DNA of 38,581 bases from Conidiobolus incongruus B7586 (GCA_000697335.1 JNEM01008457.1:1-38581), one strand, 5' to 3'. Positions 21,902-33,765 are shown, counted from the stretch's first letter. The notes: generated from the letters alone by a model not told the origin. Made by a program: numbers and translations.

Positions 21902-24900
21902 TTATAATTGACCCATTTGGTTGATTAATTCGGGTGTAAGTTGATCGGAGTGTTGCTTAAGCATTAAATCAAAGAGATTTTGAACTTCTTGGAGATGGGG
22001 TTGAATGGCAGGGTGTCCACCACGAATCAATTGAATCAAGCAGGTATAAACGGGTACGTTTTCGTTGTAATCAGCCTTCAAGGGTAAAGTGCGTAAAACA
22101 ACAGGAAGAACATCAGACAAGGGGACGGCATCAGGACGAGACATGATCATTCTACAAACAGCACCACAGGCGTTGTCGGTGATGTTGGGAACGGGTTGGT
22201 TGTTGAACAAGGGAGATAATAATTGGAGGAGAGCAGGGTATTGGCTGGAAATATCCTTTCCAGTATTAGCACATAAGGTTCCAACACCATAAGCAGCGTT
22301 GGAGCGAACTTCAGGATCGGCATCAGTAAGGGCGCGTTGGAAAACTTGAAGCAAGTCATCAGTGAAATCAGTAATAGATCCCTTAGTGAAGTCGGCCAAC
22401 TCACCAAAAGTAGCAATGGCAGTAGCTCTTTCGCTAGAGGGCTTGTTTTCATCAGCATATTTGCGAATTTCGGGATAGAACTGAGGAATATAAGGGAGGA
22501 AAGAATTAGCAAGGACTTTAGAAATTCTACCAAGTAAATCACAGGTGGCAGAGATAACCAAGGAATCTTGTTCAGCAACTTCATTAGGATCTTCAGCTTC
22601 AAGATCTTCATCATCATCTTGTTGAATTTGACACAAATGTTCGCGTTTGAATAACTTTAAGAGCATGGGGCAAAGTTCTTGCATATGGTTTTCAATCAAA
22701 GCAGGTCCAACAGTATCAAGAGCATTAAGAATTTCATTGCAAATGTGAACAACAACCAAGCGTTCTTCTTCTTCCTGTAAGATTTGAAGGATATGGTTCA
22801 TGGTTTCAGTAATGATGGCAGCAGTGTTGCTATCAACAGGTTTTTGAACAGGAAGACCAGGGATGTATTCACCATTATTACCCAAGTTGTAGTAATTGAT
22901 AACAAATTGGAGTAAACAAGAAATAGCACTTCTACGAAGTCCTTCGCTGAAGTGAGTAGTGGCCTTGATAAGTTCCTTGTAAACTTCATTGACATAGGGA
23001 ATAAATTGACTTCCTAAATTTTCAAAAACTTCAGCAATGACATCTACAACAATTTCTTTTTCTTGAGCAACAGCAGAGTAAGCTTCAAAGCGAGCTTCAT
23101 CATCATCAGTATCATCATCGTCGTCGTCATCTAAAGGCTCGTCAGTTTCACTTTGACGAAGAGATTTGAAGATTTCGGGCATAATGGAAGGAAGTGATTC
23201 GGCAACTTCGGCGCCAAAGACACGGGTCATAATACCATAGAAGCAGAAAGCAGAGTCGCGTAATTTACCACCAGGGATGTTTAAGCCTTCCAAAGAGAGT
23301 CTGAGTAATTCAGCAGCATAAGGACGGAAAATTTCTTTGCCAACGGCATCAGCAATAGCACCAGCAGCGTCGGTGGCAGCAGCACGCTCATTCAACAAAT
23401 CAAAATTTTCATTTTCATCAGAGCTAGTTGGTTTCAAAGCCATGAATTGAGCAAGACGTTCAATAACGGAAGGGAAATAAGGAACAAAGGCGGATCCAGA
23501 AGAACGAGCAGCAGATCCCAAAGTTCCAAGAGCAAGACCCTTAACAATAGAAGAGGCAGGAGAGTTTAATACATTGCCAATTTGTTCCATTAAGGTGGGT
23601 AAATAACCTTGAACGGGTTCACTTTCCATACCTTCAACAATGGCATCTAAAGCATTCCATACATACTTAAGAACTAATTTGTTGTTATCCTGGGTCAATT
23701 GGAAGAGGGGAGGCATAAGACTGCCGTGATATTGAGTGATTTCAGTCTGTAATTCTTCAGCAATGTAAGATAAAGCCAAACAAGCAGCTTTACGAACGCT
23801 GGGATGAGAGTCTTGGAGTCCATTAACAATCAAAGGAAGGAAATCGGGCATACGAGGTTGCAAATAATCAGAACAGCCTTCAATAGCACATCCGACGACC
23901 ATTAAAGCAGCTTTACGATATCCAGGTTCGGCATGGTTGGAGAAAGAAATAACCTTGGGGGCAATGTTGGTAAAAATAACTTCAGGAGAGAAATGGGTAG
24001 TCAAAGTGGCAAGAAGGCTTAAAACAGTACCAGCAGGACTAGAGTGGTCAGGATCTTCATCATCTTCTTCGTCATCATCTTCAGTAGCGACAATCATAAT
24101 CATATCAAGAAGGGGTTGGAGAAGATTATGCTTACGAATGGCTTTCTTCTTATATTCTAAAGCGAAGAAGAGGTAGTTGAAAGCTTGGATTCTGATACCA
24201 TCAGCAATGTTGGTGCTGTAACCGGTTTGGATAAGGAACTCAGTCAATTCTTTAAAGTGAGGGGATAAAAAGCTGATTTCACTTAATAATAAATCTTCAA
24301 AAACTTCAATCACAGAGGAAGCACCATTTTCATCACCTTGGTTAATGGCGTGCTGCAAAACTTGGACAATGGTGGGGATTTGACCTTGAACAAGATGAAC
24401 CAATTCACCATGTACACTAGGATCAATGAATTCGCAAGATTTTCCAAGAGCTTGAGCAGAAACGATTCTAACAGTTTGAGAATCAGGATCAGATAAAGTG
24501 CGAACTAAAAGTTCTAAGATTTGTGGCAAGCTGGAAGTCAAGTCGTCGTTGATACATTCAAGAAGGACATAAAGAAGTTGAACTCCAATTTCACGATGTT
24601 CGGAGTTAGGGCTATTTACACATTGAACAATGAAATCAAACAAGTTGGGCCATTCATTTTTGCCGATATCAATTTCAGCAATAGCTGAAATGACACGAGC
24701 GAGAGACTGACGAGGAGCTTTTCTATTATACAAGTGAGAAAAATAAAAATAATAATAAAAGCTTGGCTTACTCAGTTTCTTTTAAAAGTTGATCGGGTAA
24801 AAATTTTCTAATTTCATTTTTGGTGTTGGGATCTATTTCATCCCAGTAGAGAGGAATCTTTTTGGACAATTCAACAGCAGCAAGTTGACGGACATTAGGA

Positions 24901-25176
24901 TTAGATGAGCTTTGAATCAATGTAATGAATGAAACAATGCAATTAGAGCTGTTTAAATATTCTTTCTTCAAGACATCTGAAGCCTATTTATCAAAATGAA
25001 TATTTTAATATACGGTTTAAGCTAAACAAAAGTTACTTGTTGAATTTCTTCTGAGGAAGTCCCAACGGAGCTGATTCTAGCTAAGACTTCTTCCAAGCGA
25101 GCAATGTATTGATCCTAAATCTTTGGTAAACAATCTGTAACCAATTATTGAATAACTTGAATACCTGAATAGACAT
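21902..25176 (-). CDS. KAP123: Importin beta-4 / karyopherin Kap123 (HEAT repeats, ~1040 aa, 4 exons)
   Basis: Exons on - strand: 25176-25165, 25114-25037, 24983-24772, 24722-21902; total 3123 nt. IBN_N segment NVRQLAAVELSK..W, EWPNL, HEAT repeats, acidic loops, and the C-terminal DPEVRSNAAYGVG...DNACGAVCRMI...LPLKADYNEN typical of importin-4. Confidence 0.92.
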
Positions 25177-25332
25177 TGTGAATATGTACACTAATTATTT
25201 ATAATATAAAAAAGGGAAATGTATGAGTGATAAGAAGATTCTATAATAAAAGTGTGTTTGATAATTCTGTTAGGAATCAATCTATACTCAGTTCATTCTG
25301 CATCAATATTCGTTTTATAATAGACTATAAAT

Positions 25333-25340
25333 TCCCACAA
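25333..25340 (+). promoter_or_regulatory. TCCCAYAA candidate promoter element (KAP123, reverse orientation)
   Basis: TCCCACAA, 156 nt upstream of ATG 25176; the only copy antisense to its gene. Confidence 0.45.
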
Positions 25341-26480
25341 ATAATGTTTTCGTAAAATTTTTACATATATTAAATTTAACATTCAACACCTTTCTCAGAT
25401 AAACCACATTTAGACTAAAATTCTATTATATTATTTTGATTGGTTAGTTCACCAAATTTCAGTTTCTTAAACTCATTCAATAAAAATCATTTTCTACAAT
25501 TAATTATTTATATATAACATTATCTATCATCTTTTATTATTTATTTGTAATTTGTTTCTTCTGCAAATTAAATTATTTTAGTCTTTTGGCTTTTCCCAAT
25601 CCCTTTATATAACATATCATCAAGATTTATTATTTTAACATTAAATCTATTTGAGAATTTGCAAAACATTATAATAAATTTCTGTTTAAAGTTATTTTAG
25701 CATTATTAATATGCTTATTGATTTTCTATTTAGCTCTTTCCACACCTAGTATGATCTTTAATGAATATTTTTCAATACGAATAGTTGTCATTTTGTTTGA
25801 TTGAATAAATTAGAAACTGTGTTTTGCCTTTATCATCATATAATTTTTAAAATACCTCAATTTATCTTAAATAATATTTCTAATAAATCTTTGAATTCAA
25901 TTCAAATTCATTTCATCTTGATATTTAAATTCAAGATATCTTGCTACTATATTAAGTTGATTGTAATAGAATAAAATTTTAATTTATTTTACTATCCCTC
26001 TATATACTATATATCTTAATAGCTTGATTGCTTTTATTTACTTGTTATTCTTTATAGTTTTAAATATACACTCCTTTGATCTTGTTTAATCATTATCATT
26101 TGTCAAATATATAAGTAAAAATTCAAACTCTTAACTATCAATATATAGCAAAGTATTTAAAATTATATTAAAATTGATTTTAAATGAATTTTAATTTGGA
26201 TAATAACGTTCTCACTCCAGTTACTGAAAAAGCATTAAACAAAATTGAGTATTTATGAATAAGCAGTATTGATTTATCATAATTTGAAAAGAAAAAAAAT
26301 ATCAGAATATAAGTATAAAATTGTAAAAGAGTATTATAAGAAATTTAATGAAAATGCCAATAGTTGTGAGCGATGAATTAAAAATGAGAATAATAATAGC
26401 TTTAATATGATACAATTTTTTAATAATAGATTCGATTGTCAATATTTCAAAGTTTAACATCCGAAAATGAGTAAAGAGCA

Positions 26481-26554
26481 GCTCCCATAGCTCAGTTGGT
26501 TAGAGCGTGGTGCTAATAACGCCAAGGTCACAGGTTCGATCCCTGTTGGGAGCA
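26481..26554 (+). tRNA. tRNA-Ile (anticodon AAT), intronless
   Basis: Cloverleaf: acceptor GCTCCCA/TGGGAGC + A, D arm GCTC-AGTTGGTTA-GAGC, anticodon arm TGGTG-CTAATAA-CGCCA (AAT at 26515-26517), T arm ACAGG-TTCGATC-CCTGT. A T6 Pol III terminator follows about 10 nt downstream. Confidence 0.97.
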
Positions 26555-26722
26555 TTATCTTCATTTTTTATATTCATTTCAATATCTTCTTACTCTTTAT
26601 CTTGAAAATAAATAATTTCAAACCTCTTCACAAATGCATTAGTTTTTATTCAATGATAATATAACACCTTATTCCTTAGCTGAATAAACCATGGATGCTA
26701 TTATATTTTATCCTCAAATTGT

Positions 26723-26749
<27 letters not shown>
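26723..26749. repeat. (TA)n microsatellite
   Basis: About 13 uninterrupted TA units. Confidence 0.95.
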
Positions 26750-26755
<6 letters not shown>

Positions 26756-26900
26756 AATCAGGTATTCGAAAAATTTTAGGACAGCATCACATAGCTGTTT
26801 AAAAAGAATTTGTTAGAATAATTAAATGTATATAACTTAAGAAATTCAAATTATTAAAAATAGAGATTGATATATTTTAATAAATACATAAACTAAGCAC

Positions 26901-27862
26901 CTAATGCTGTATTTGATCCCAATTCTTTTTAAGCTCACAAAATAAATCAGTATAGTTCTGAGTGATTTGCATTAATACACGATGCTGATTATCCTATATA
27001 AAATGATTAATTATCTTGTATTATTGATTATTTTGAAATTACCATATTATCTTCAACAATAGGTGTATTAGTGTTTAGTAAAGTGGTCTTGCTATTTGTT
27101 AAATCAAATTGATTCAAACTCGCAATTATATTAAATAGATATCTAAAAATGGATTATGAATTTATTTGAATAATATAAATATGGACGCGCCTTACTTGTG
27201 ATATTTTGGATGAAGCTTAATATTGGATGCATTCGATTTGGAATTGATGAATTTGGATCTCAGTGTGGTATAGTGAGTGGTAATTAAATTTAAATGGTCC
27301 CTTAATTCTTCTAGAACATGTAGCTTTTGTTCTAAATGGAAGTAATTAATACTGTAAGAGGACTAAAGAATTTGAAAATTACCTATTACTTGTGTTAGGC
27401 AGCAATTTTGTGTTTGATCCAAAAAGTTTGATTTGAACGATAAAAAATCGTACTATAAAACTAGACTTAATTATCTGTAGGATTATGGAATGATGATTAG
27501 AGTATACCTTCATTAATCTGTCCTTGAGATGCATAAATTCATCTATTTGATTTAAAAGTTGGTTGAATGAATGACTAGGTATTGACACTGTATGAGCATC
27601 CTAGTAACTATAATTAACAACTATTCATTGATAAAAAGCCCTCAAATACCTTTGGTATATCTATATTTAAATCTTTTGCCACATTTAAGACAGCTTCAGT
27701 ATTTAGTTGGTCAACTGTTATTATTTTATTATGTGTTGAATGATTCTGCACTATTGAATTGGAAGATGCTTTTGTTTGACTGTAATTAGAATGTTTAGTA
27801 AATTTATCAAAGCGTTTTAATTTGAAATGCTTATCAAATTGTTCTAGTTGATTTCGCTTCAT
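26901..27862 (-). CDS. Coiled-coil protein, putative augmin complex subunit HAUS2-like (~234 aa, 6 exons)
   Basis: Exons on - strand: 27862-27650, 27600-27508, 27452-27383, 27331-27196, 27142-27043, 26993-26901. Five GT-AG introns of 49-55 nt give an open 705-nt frame. The core EQKLHVLEELRDHLNLITTHYTTLRSKFINSKSNASNIKLHPKYHKYLFNII resembles the HAUS2 core as I recall it. The gene model is strong; the family call is moderate. Confidence 0.7.
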
Positions 27863-27960
27863 TATTTGTATATTATTAGAATTTTGATTTGTTATTAGAA
27901 TTTTATAATTCAATATTATCCTTTCACTATTATTTATAATTTATTTGGTAATTTATATTT

Positions 27961-27968
27961 TTATGGGA
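27961..27968 (-). promoter_or_regulatory. TCCCAYAA candidate promoter element (HAUS2-like gene)
   Basis: TTATGGGA on +, 98 nt before ATG 27862. Confidence 0.6.
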
Positions 27969-30175
27969 TATTGGAAACTATAGTTAATTGTAAAATCCAT
28001 TTCAGCAATATTACCTAATTTATCAAATGTATATCGACATTTTATATAGGATTTTTATTCTAATTGATTATTATAGTATTCTTATTAATATTACATGAAT
28101 ATTTTTAAACATAATCACTTGTTACAATAAATGGAATATAAATTAGTAGAAATTATATTTTATATTATATTTAACTAAACAATCAAATGTTTCTAAATTA
28201 TGAGAATTAACGAAAATTAAATATTATAAAAATTAAATTATATCTACCTTTTTAAATAATCTTACAATATCCTTATTCTGTAATTTTAATAATAATATTT
28301 TTTTTAAAATTTAATTAGATATACAAAAATCATTGTTTTAATAGTATGATACTCCCCAACTAATTTGCAGAGAATATATTGAATTTTGGGTAATACAAAA
28401 ATATATGATTATTTTTCTATTTGTTTTTATGATAATGACATTCATGATACATAGTTGAAAATATTTTTCAAATGGTATGAATAGATGAATATATAATATA
28501 TATTTTGAGATTAGCTAAATCAAAATTTCTACATATAATATTTTATTAATAGGTGTCTGATAATTAATAATTCTTTTTATTAAACTGATATATTATGTTG
28601 ATTAATTACAAAATTCATTGACAGTCCATAGTATATAATATATTATTAGGTATCAAAGCAATACAATATTTAATATTTGCTGTTGGATATATAATTTATA
28701 TCCTGTCTTATGTTAATTTTTTACTCTATTTTTCAAAACTGATAATTAGAAATGATATCAGATATTTTACCAATTGTTTGAAATTTATTAAAAATAAATG
28801 TGATTTTCTAGAAATTATGTTAAAGATTTTGTTATTTTTCACTTATTATATTTAGGTGCAAATTTGGATAATATCATTGTGATATTTTCTTATATGGTTC
28901 GAATATTCGCTATTCATATTTCATTCATTAATTTTAACATTTGGAAAAATATTAAATTTAATTGAATCGAAAATGGAAAAGTTAAGGAATATATATAATT
29001 ATAAAAAATTTAGCTTATTTTTGATATAAAGCTTATTAAATATCATTCTAATAAATTTTTTAGATAATTTTAAATTTCTAATCATCAAATATAATATATA
29101 ATATATATTATATATTATATATTGTTTTATTAAATATAATACTTTATATCTATTTGACAAATTTATATAAATACTGGAATATTAATATAAAGTTTGTTTT
29201 ATTATTATAACATTTAAAATAATATAATACACTAAATACATAATCTATCTGTTATTTGCATTCATTTCGCATATGCATATTTATTATTTGCATAAGAGCT
29301 TTTTTTTGTATGTATCGTTTTTTCGAAAAGCTATTATAAATTAATTACACTCATAAAGGAAATTATTGTTGGAATATACCCTAAATCATAATCAATATCT
29401 AAATTATACCTGATTTATGTATATAATATGGGTTAATTATATCTTTAATTTGGAAACTGATTATGATTGATTGAATATATACAGTCTAATATTCAATATC
29501 GAACCAAATGCTATAAATTGTTTAAATTAATTTCGAAAACAAATAATTACAAATTCCTAAAATAAAATTACATTGACTATTGTTTCAAATATTGAATTTT
29601 ATTTATTTGCAGTTGCTATGCCAATACTGATTATAATATACGAAGGCTTGAATTGTTTTATTGTTTGATATGGAATTAAGAGTTAGAATTTTAATTGTGA
29701 ATGTGGAGAAGATTGATTGGATATTGAGAGAATATTATGAGAAATAGAGTAAATAACTGGGCATAGTATATGTGAGGTATAATGGATCAAAGCAATTAAT
29801 GCTTGGATTGAAAATGGGAGTAGAATAAAATCAAGTGAAATCCATAATTCCCATTAATCACGCATGGATGTGATAATGATTTATTATTGAAAAAGAAACA
29901 ATCAAATTGAAGTGAGTTGTAACTTTGTTCTCCAAGTTCAATAATTATCGTTCTATTCAACACGTAAGTTAATAACGAATTAAAGAGCACATTCCTTCGA
30001 TTCTTATATACTTTATATCCAATACATAAATAGTACCATAGTCACTATTCACGTATCTCAGTCATCGTCACTGATTTAATTATCATCAAGATTGACTGCT
30101 CAATAATCTATTCTTCACATTTATTCATCATCTATTGATGCTAATTTCCTTTGCTTTATAGATTCTATTCCCTGT

Positions 30176-30754
30176 ATGCTTTGGATTATTGCTTTGATCT
30201 TAGGAATTGTCATTCCTCTTCTTTCTTATGTGTTTTTGAATCAATCTGGCGCTCAACATGAGCAAAAGGCTTCCAAGAAAAAATCAAAATCAAAGGCTAA
30301 AAAAGCCAAAAAGGCTGAACCTGTTGAACCCGTTGTAACTAAATCCGTTACTAAAGAGGCTCCTAAGCCAGTCGTTGTCGAGGCTCCAGTTGAAGCTCCT
30401 GTTCAAGCTCCTGCTGAACCAGTTGCTGAGGAACCAACTAAGGCTAAGAAAAAGAAGAATAAGAAGAAGAAGTCTGCTGCCTCTAAAGCTTCTGAAACTT
30501 CTACTGTCTCCACTAAAGCCAATGAAGACCAACAGGCCAATGATGAGGCTTCCAAAGAAGAAGCTGAAAGCGCCCCTGTTGATTTCGCCGAATCTGACTT
30601 TATTCCCGTTAAAAGCTCTCACCATAATGACACCTCTAACACTAGCCAAGAAACTACTCTTTCTCGTTCTTTCGACATGCCTAAGCTTCCCTCTAAGGCC
30701 AAACCTGTTGAATCCTTCAATCCTTGGACTTTATTGAGTGAAGAAGTCAACTAA
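30176..30754 (+). CDS. Uncharacterised protein with N-terminal signal anchor and Lys/Ala/Glu/Pro-rich disordered tail (192 aa)
   Basis: MLWIIALILGIVIPLLSYVFL hydrophobic helix, followed by KASKKKSKSKAKKAKK and KAKKKKNKKKK. Codon use is strongly biased (GCT/AAG/GTT) and GC is high relative to the flanks. A likely 5'UTR intron acceptor (GCTAAT...TATAG) ends at 30161. Confidence 0.85.
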   Translation: MLWIIALILGIVIPLLSYVFLNQSGAQHEQKASKKKSKSKAKKAKKAEPVEPVVTKSVTKEAPKPVVVEAPVEAPVQAPAEPVAEEPTKAKKKKNKKKKSAASKASETSTVSTKANEDQQANDEASKEEAESAPVDFAESDFIPVKSSHHNDTSNTSQETTLSRSFDMPKLPSKAKPVESFNPWTLLSEEVN

Positions 30755-31892
30755 ATATGTATTATATCCAATGCTTGCTAGATTATTCATAGTTGAATGA
30801 AAATTATTTAGATATAGCATCATTTGAAATATGATTAAATAGCATTTATCTTATATACAAATTAAGATATAAAACTCATTTTTGAGTTTGCATTACTATT
30901 AGTTCTGCAGTTCATATTTTTAAAATATTACTGAAATTTGCGTGATTGGAATTTTTTAACAATATATTATATTTCGTTGATTAATATAACAGAGTATAAT
31001 TAATATTTTTCATATTAAACCAATATAATTATTTCTAAATGTACAACAATTTGATATTAAATAATTTCAAATCAAATTCCTCTATCGCTATCACTCACAA
31101 ACCATTCTATCAATTTATATTTAATATTATTTTAATTAACCATAAAAGCTATTTTATATAGTTTGAAAAATAATCGAGCTAAAAATATTTTTTAATATTA
31201 TTTTCTAAACTATTGTTTACTTCTTTTATTAATTACAAGCTTTACTATATATACTTGTTTGAATACCATATTACATTTTTGTCATAATTTTTATTATTAA
31301 AATATTGCAATATCTAATAAGCTTGATCAACTTCCAAGTAAATTTAGAAAAATTATCAATCACTAAATGTATATCAATGTATTAGATATAATTGAGAATA
31401 ATTGATTGTTTAAATCGGTAAAATATATACTATTAAAATGTATTCATTAAGTTTGAATTAACAATAAACCAAAATTCAATATAATCCTTTATATAAGCAC
31501 TTTCTTCTATGAAATCTTTTGTATGTTATACACTAACAGCTCAATTTGATTGATATCAGTATCAAAAGTAGGATCACTTAGCTCTAAATATGTATTTTCT
31601 GAGCATTATATTTTTATTAATTTTTGGGACAACGCTGCTTGTTGTAGATTCTCTGTTGTTTAATATATATCTATCTCAGCTAAATATATTGTCTAAAAAT
31701 AGCTGGAAATTATGTGATTTAGGGAGATACTTGAATCAATTGCAGTAAAATTATGATTGATTCACATTTTTTAAATTAATTATAAATATTGTGAGTTTTT
31801 TATAATAGCCTGAACTTGCCTCAACTTATTAAGTATCTATTTTAACATTATAATTGTCATTTGTTTGGTTGAAAATAATATATTATATTGAA

Positions 31893-31900
31893 TCCCATAA
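31893..31900 (+). promoter_or_regulatory. TCCCAYAA candidate promoter element (LYR gene)
   Basis: TCCCATAA, 65 nt before ATG 31966. Confidence 0.6.
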
Positions 31901-31965
31901 ATATAAATAATGTTTCTAATTCATTTAAATTAAATCTTGAGAAATGATTCAAATCGAATTTAATC

Positions 31966-32205
31966 ATGACTCACTTACCAACTATCCACCTTTATCGACA
32001 CTCATTGAGAATCATTAGAAATTTTCCTATAAAGAATTATCATGGAAAGCTGAAATATAATGTTAGGGATCTAATTGAAACTTATCGACATGAAACAAAT
32101 CAACTGGATACTCTAATTCAAAATGCTTATGAAGATTTAAAAGTTGTCGAAGCAATTGGTAAATTTGATAGGCCAACTCTTGACAAGTTATTTAAACAGC
32201 AATAA
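31966..32205 (+). CDS. Small LYR-motif (Complex1_LYR-like) mitochondrial protein (79 aa)
   Basis: HLYRHSLRIIRNFP......KLKYNVRDLIETYRHET....LIQNAYEDL fits the three-helix LYRM pattern and size. Confidence 0.78.
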   Translation: MTHLPTIHLYRHSLRIIRNFPIKNYHGKLKYNVRDLIETYRHETNQLDTLIQNAYEDLKVVEAIGKFDRPTLDKLFKQQ

Positions 32206-33644
32206 TTGTGTTTATTCATTATGAGTCTTGATTCATTCAAATAGAAATTATCTTGCCCTTTTTAATATATCTTCTTTCACTTTAATAAATTTTGTAACAT
32301 ATTTTTTAGTATACTTAAACAACCACTTATATATAAAATCATTTAATTTCAGACATTATTGCTCAGTATTTTAGTTTTGTAGACTTCTTTTGATAGTTTC
32401 ACATTCATTAACCGATTGAGTAATATTTGGAATATATTGTTGATTTTTGTACTCTACTACCTAGTTGCATTTTTATTTATTCATTTTTCTTGCAGACTTT
32501 CGACTTTCCAATTTCTGCATTAAAAATGATCATTATTATATTTTTTATTCTTGAAATATTTACCCATAAAATTGATTATATATACTGAGTTCCCAATTAT
32601 TCTGTCGCAATTATATTAAATTACATCATATTTAATTCATTTATACAACAAATTGAGTATATCATTATGATTTCTTATTTTTTATATTTTTATTTTTCAA
32701 CACTTATAAAATGTGATTCAAATATATATGTGAATATCAATTTATTAAAGATTTTATTATCTTTTCAATTTTTTTTCATAATTCATACATTAATATAGTC
32801 ATTAAGTTGAAGAATTGTATTCTCAAATTTGATAAACTACATTAAAAATTATACTAGTTTTGTTAATCAATTATAATATGATACTAATAGTCATATTCTA
32901 ATTAACATTGCATAAAATGGTATTAAAATAGAAGTATAAAATAATCTAACTTTCATTGATAGGATCCGAATCAGAATAATCCAAACTCTAGATCTAAACT
33001 ATTATGTAAATTATACAAATTTGATTTTATTGGTGAACATATAATTTTTTAAAACTAAATAATATAAATATAATGAATATAATATACTATTCATATTATT
33101 ATCTCTTAAAATCTTAGATAAAATCAGAAATAAAAAAAATATCAAATTACTAAATAAATAATTTATTTTTGCAAGCAATGAAAACCTTAATAATTTCACG
33201 ATGCTAATACAATTCTTGAATCTTCAAATATCAAATTTAAAAATGTTAATGAACCAATATTTGATTGTAATTGTAATAAATTTGGAGTATGTTGATCAAT
33301 GACCCCATATAAATTATTATTATATAAGATTAAAATTAAAAATATATTTATTATTTAAATGGCCAATAAAATTGATTTGAATAATAAAAATAAGATATAT
33401 TAATCAAATGGATATTTCATTGATGTGCAAAACTAATTAATAATTAATATTTATTTATATTTTTTGCAATTTGAATTATTGGGTTAAATATTTTAGGTCA
33501 AAAAAGAATAAAGCTCATGAATAATAAATATAAATATACATGCGAATAACCAAAATATCAAAAAATATAATAATAAGTATATGATGCATTTATTAAAACT
33601 AAGGTAAATGTTTTGATTAGATAAATTAATTCAATAAAGTGAAA

Positions 33645-33765
33645 TATCAAAGTACATTTGAACCCAGTTGAATATTCAAGGCATATATGGCAATGGTATT
33701 TTTTTTGTTGCCAATTTTCAGTTTGGTATACGGTTTCATCATATTTCATCAGATAAATATCAATT
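33645..33765 (-). pseudogene. Isolated gene fragment resembling the start of RING1 in RNF14/ITT1-type RBR E3 ligases
   Basis: IYLMKYDETVYQTENWQQKKYHCHICLEYSTGFKCTLI fits L..YD.......F....F.C.IC.....G..C. The expected CxH/CxxC ligands do not follow, and the flanks are ~80% AT non-coding. Confidence 0.35.

Noticed and set aside
22089..24176. Several 65-156 aa ORFs overlapping KAP123 on both strands
   Set aside because: By-products of strong codon bias in a GC-richer CDS.
26476..26480. GAGCA immediately 5' of the tRNA, identical to its last five bases (possible target-site duplication or integration scar)
   Set aside because: Only 5 bp, overlaps the tRNA itself, and no integrase, LTR or SINE body is nearby.
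30290..30737. ORFs 30290-30649(-) and 30375-30737(+)
   Set aside because: Antisense and off-frame shadows of the low-complexity 30176 CDS.
31618..31646. Sm-site-like TAATTTTTGG followed by a short ACAAC/GTTGT hairpin (possible snRNA 3' end)
   Set aside because: No upstream U1, U2, U4 or U5 signature (for example GCCTTTTAC or GTGTAGTA), and the motif is common in AT-rich DNA. An Infernal/Rfam scan would settle it.
33011..33199. 62-aa - strand ORF, and similarly 29796-29990
   Set aside because: Non-ATG starts and composition typical of random AT-rich sequence.
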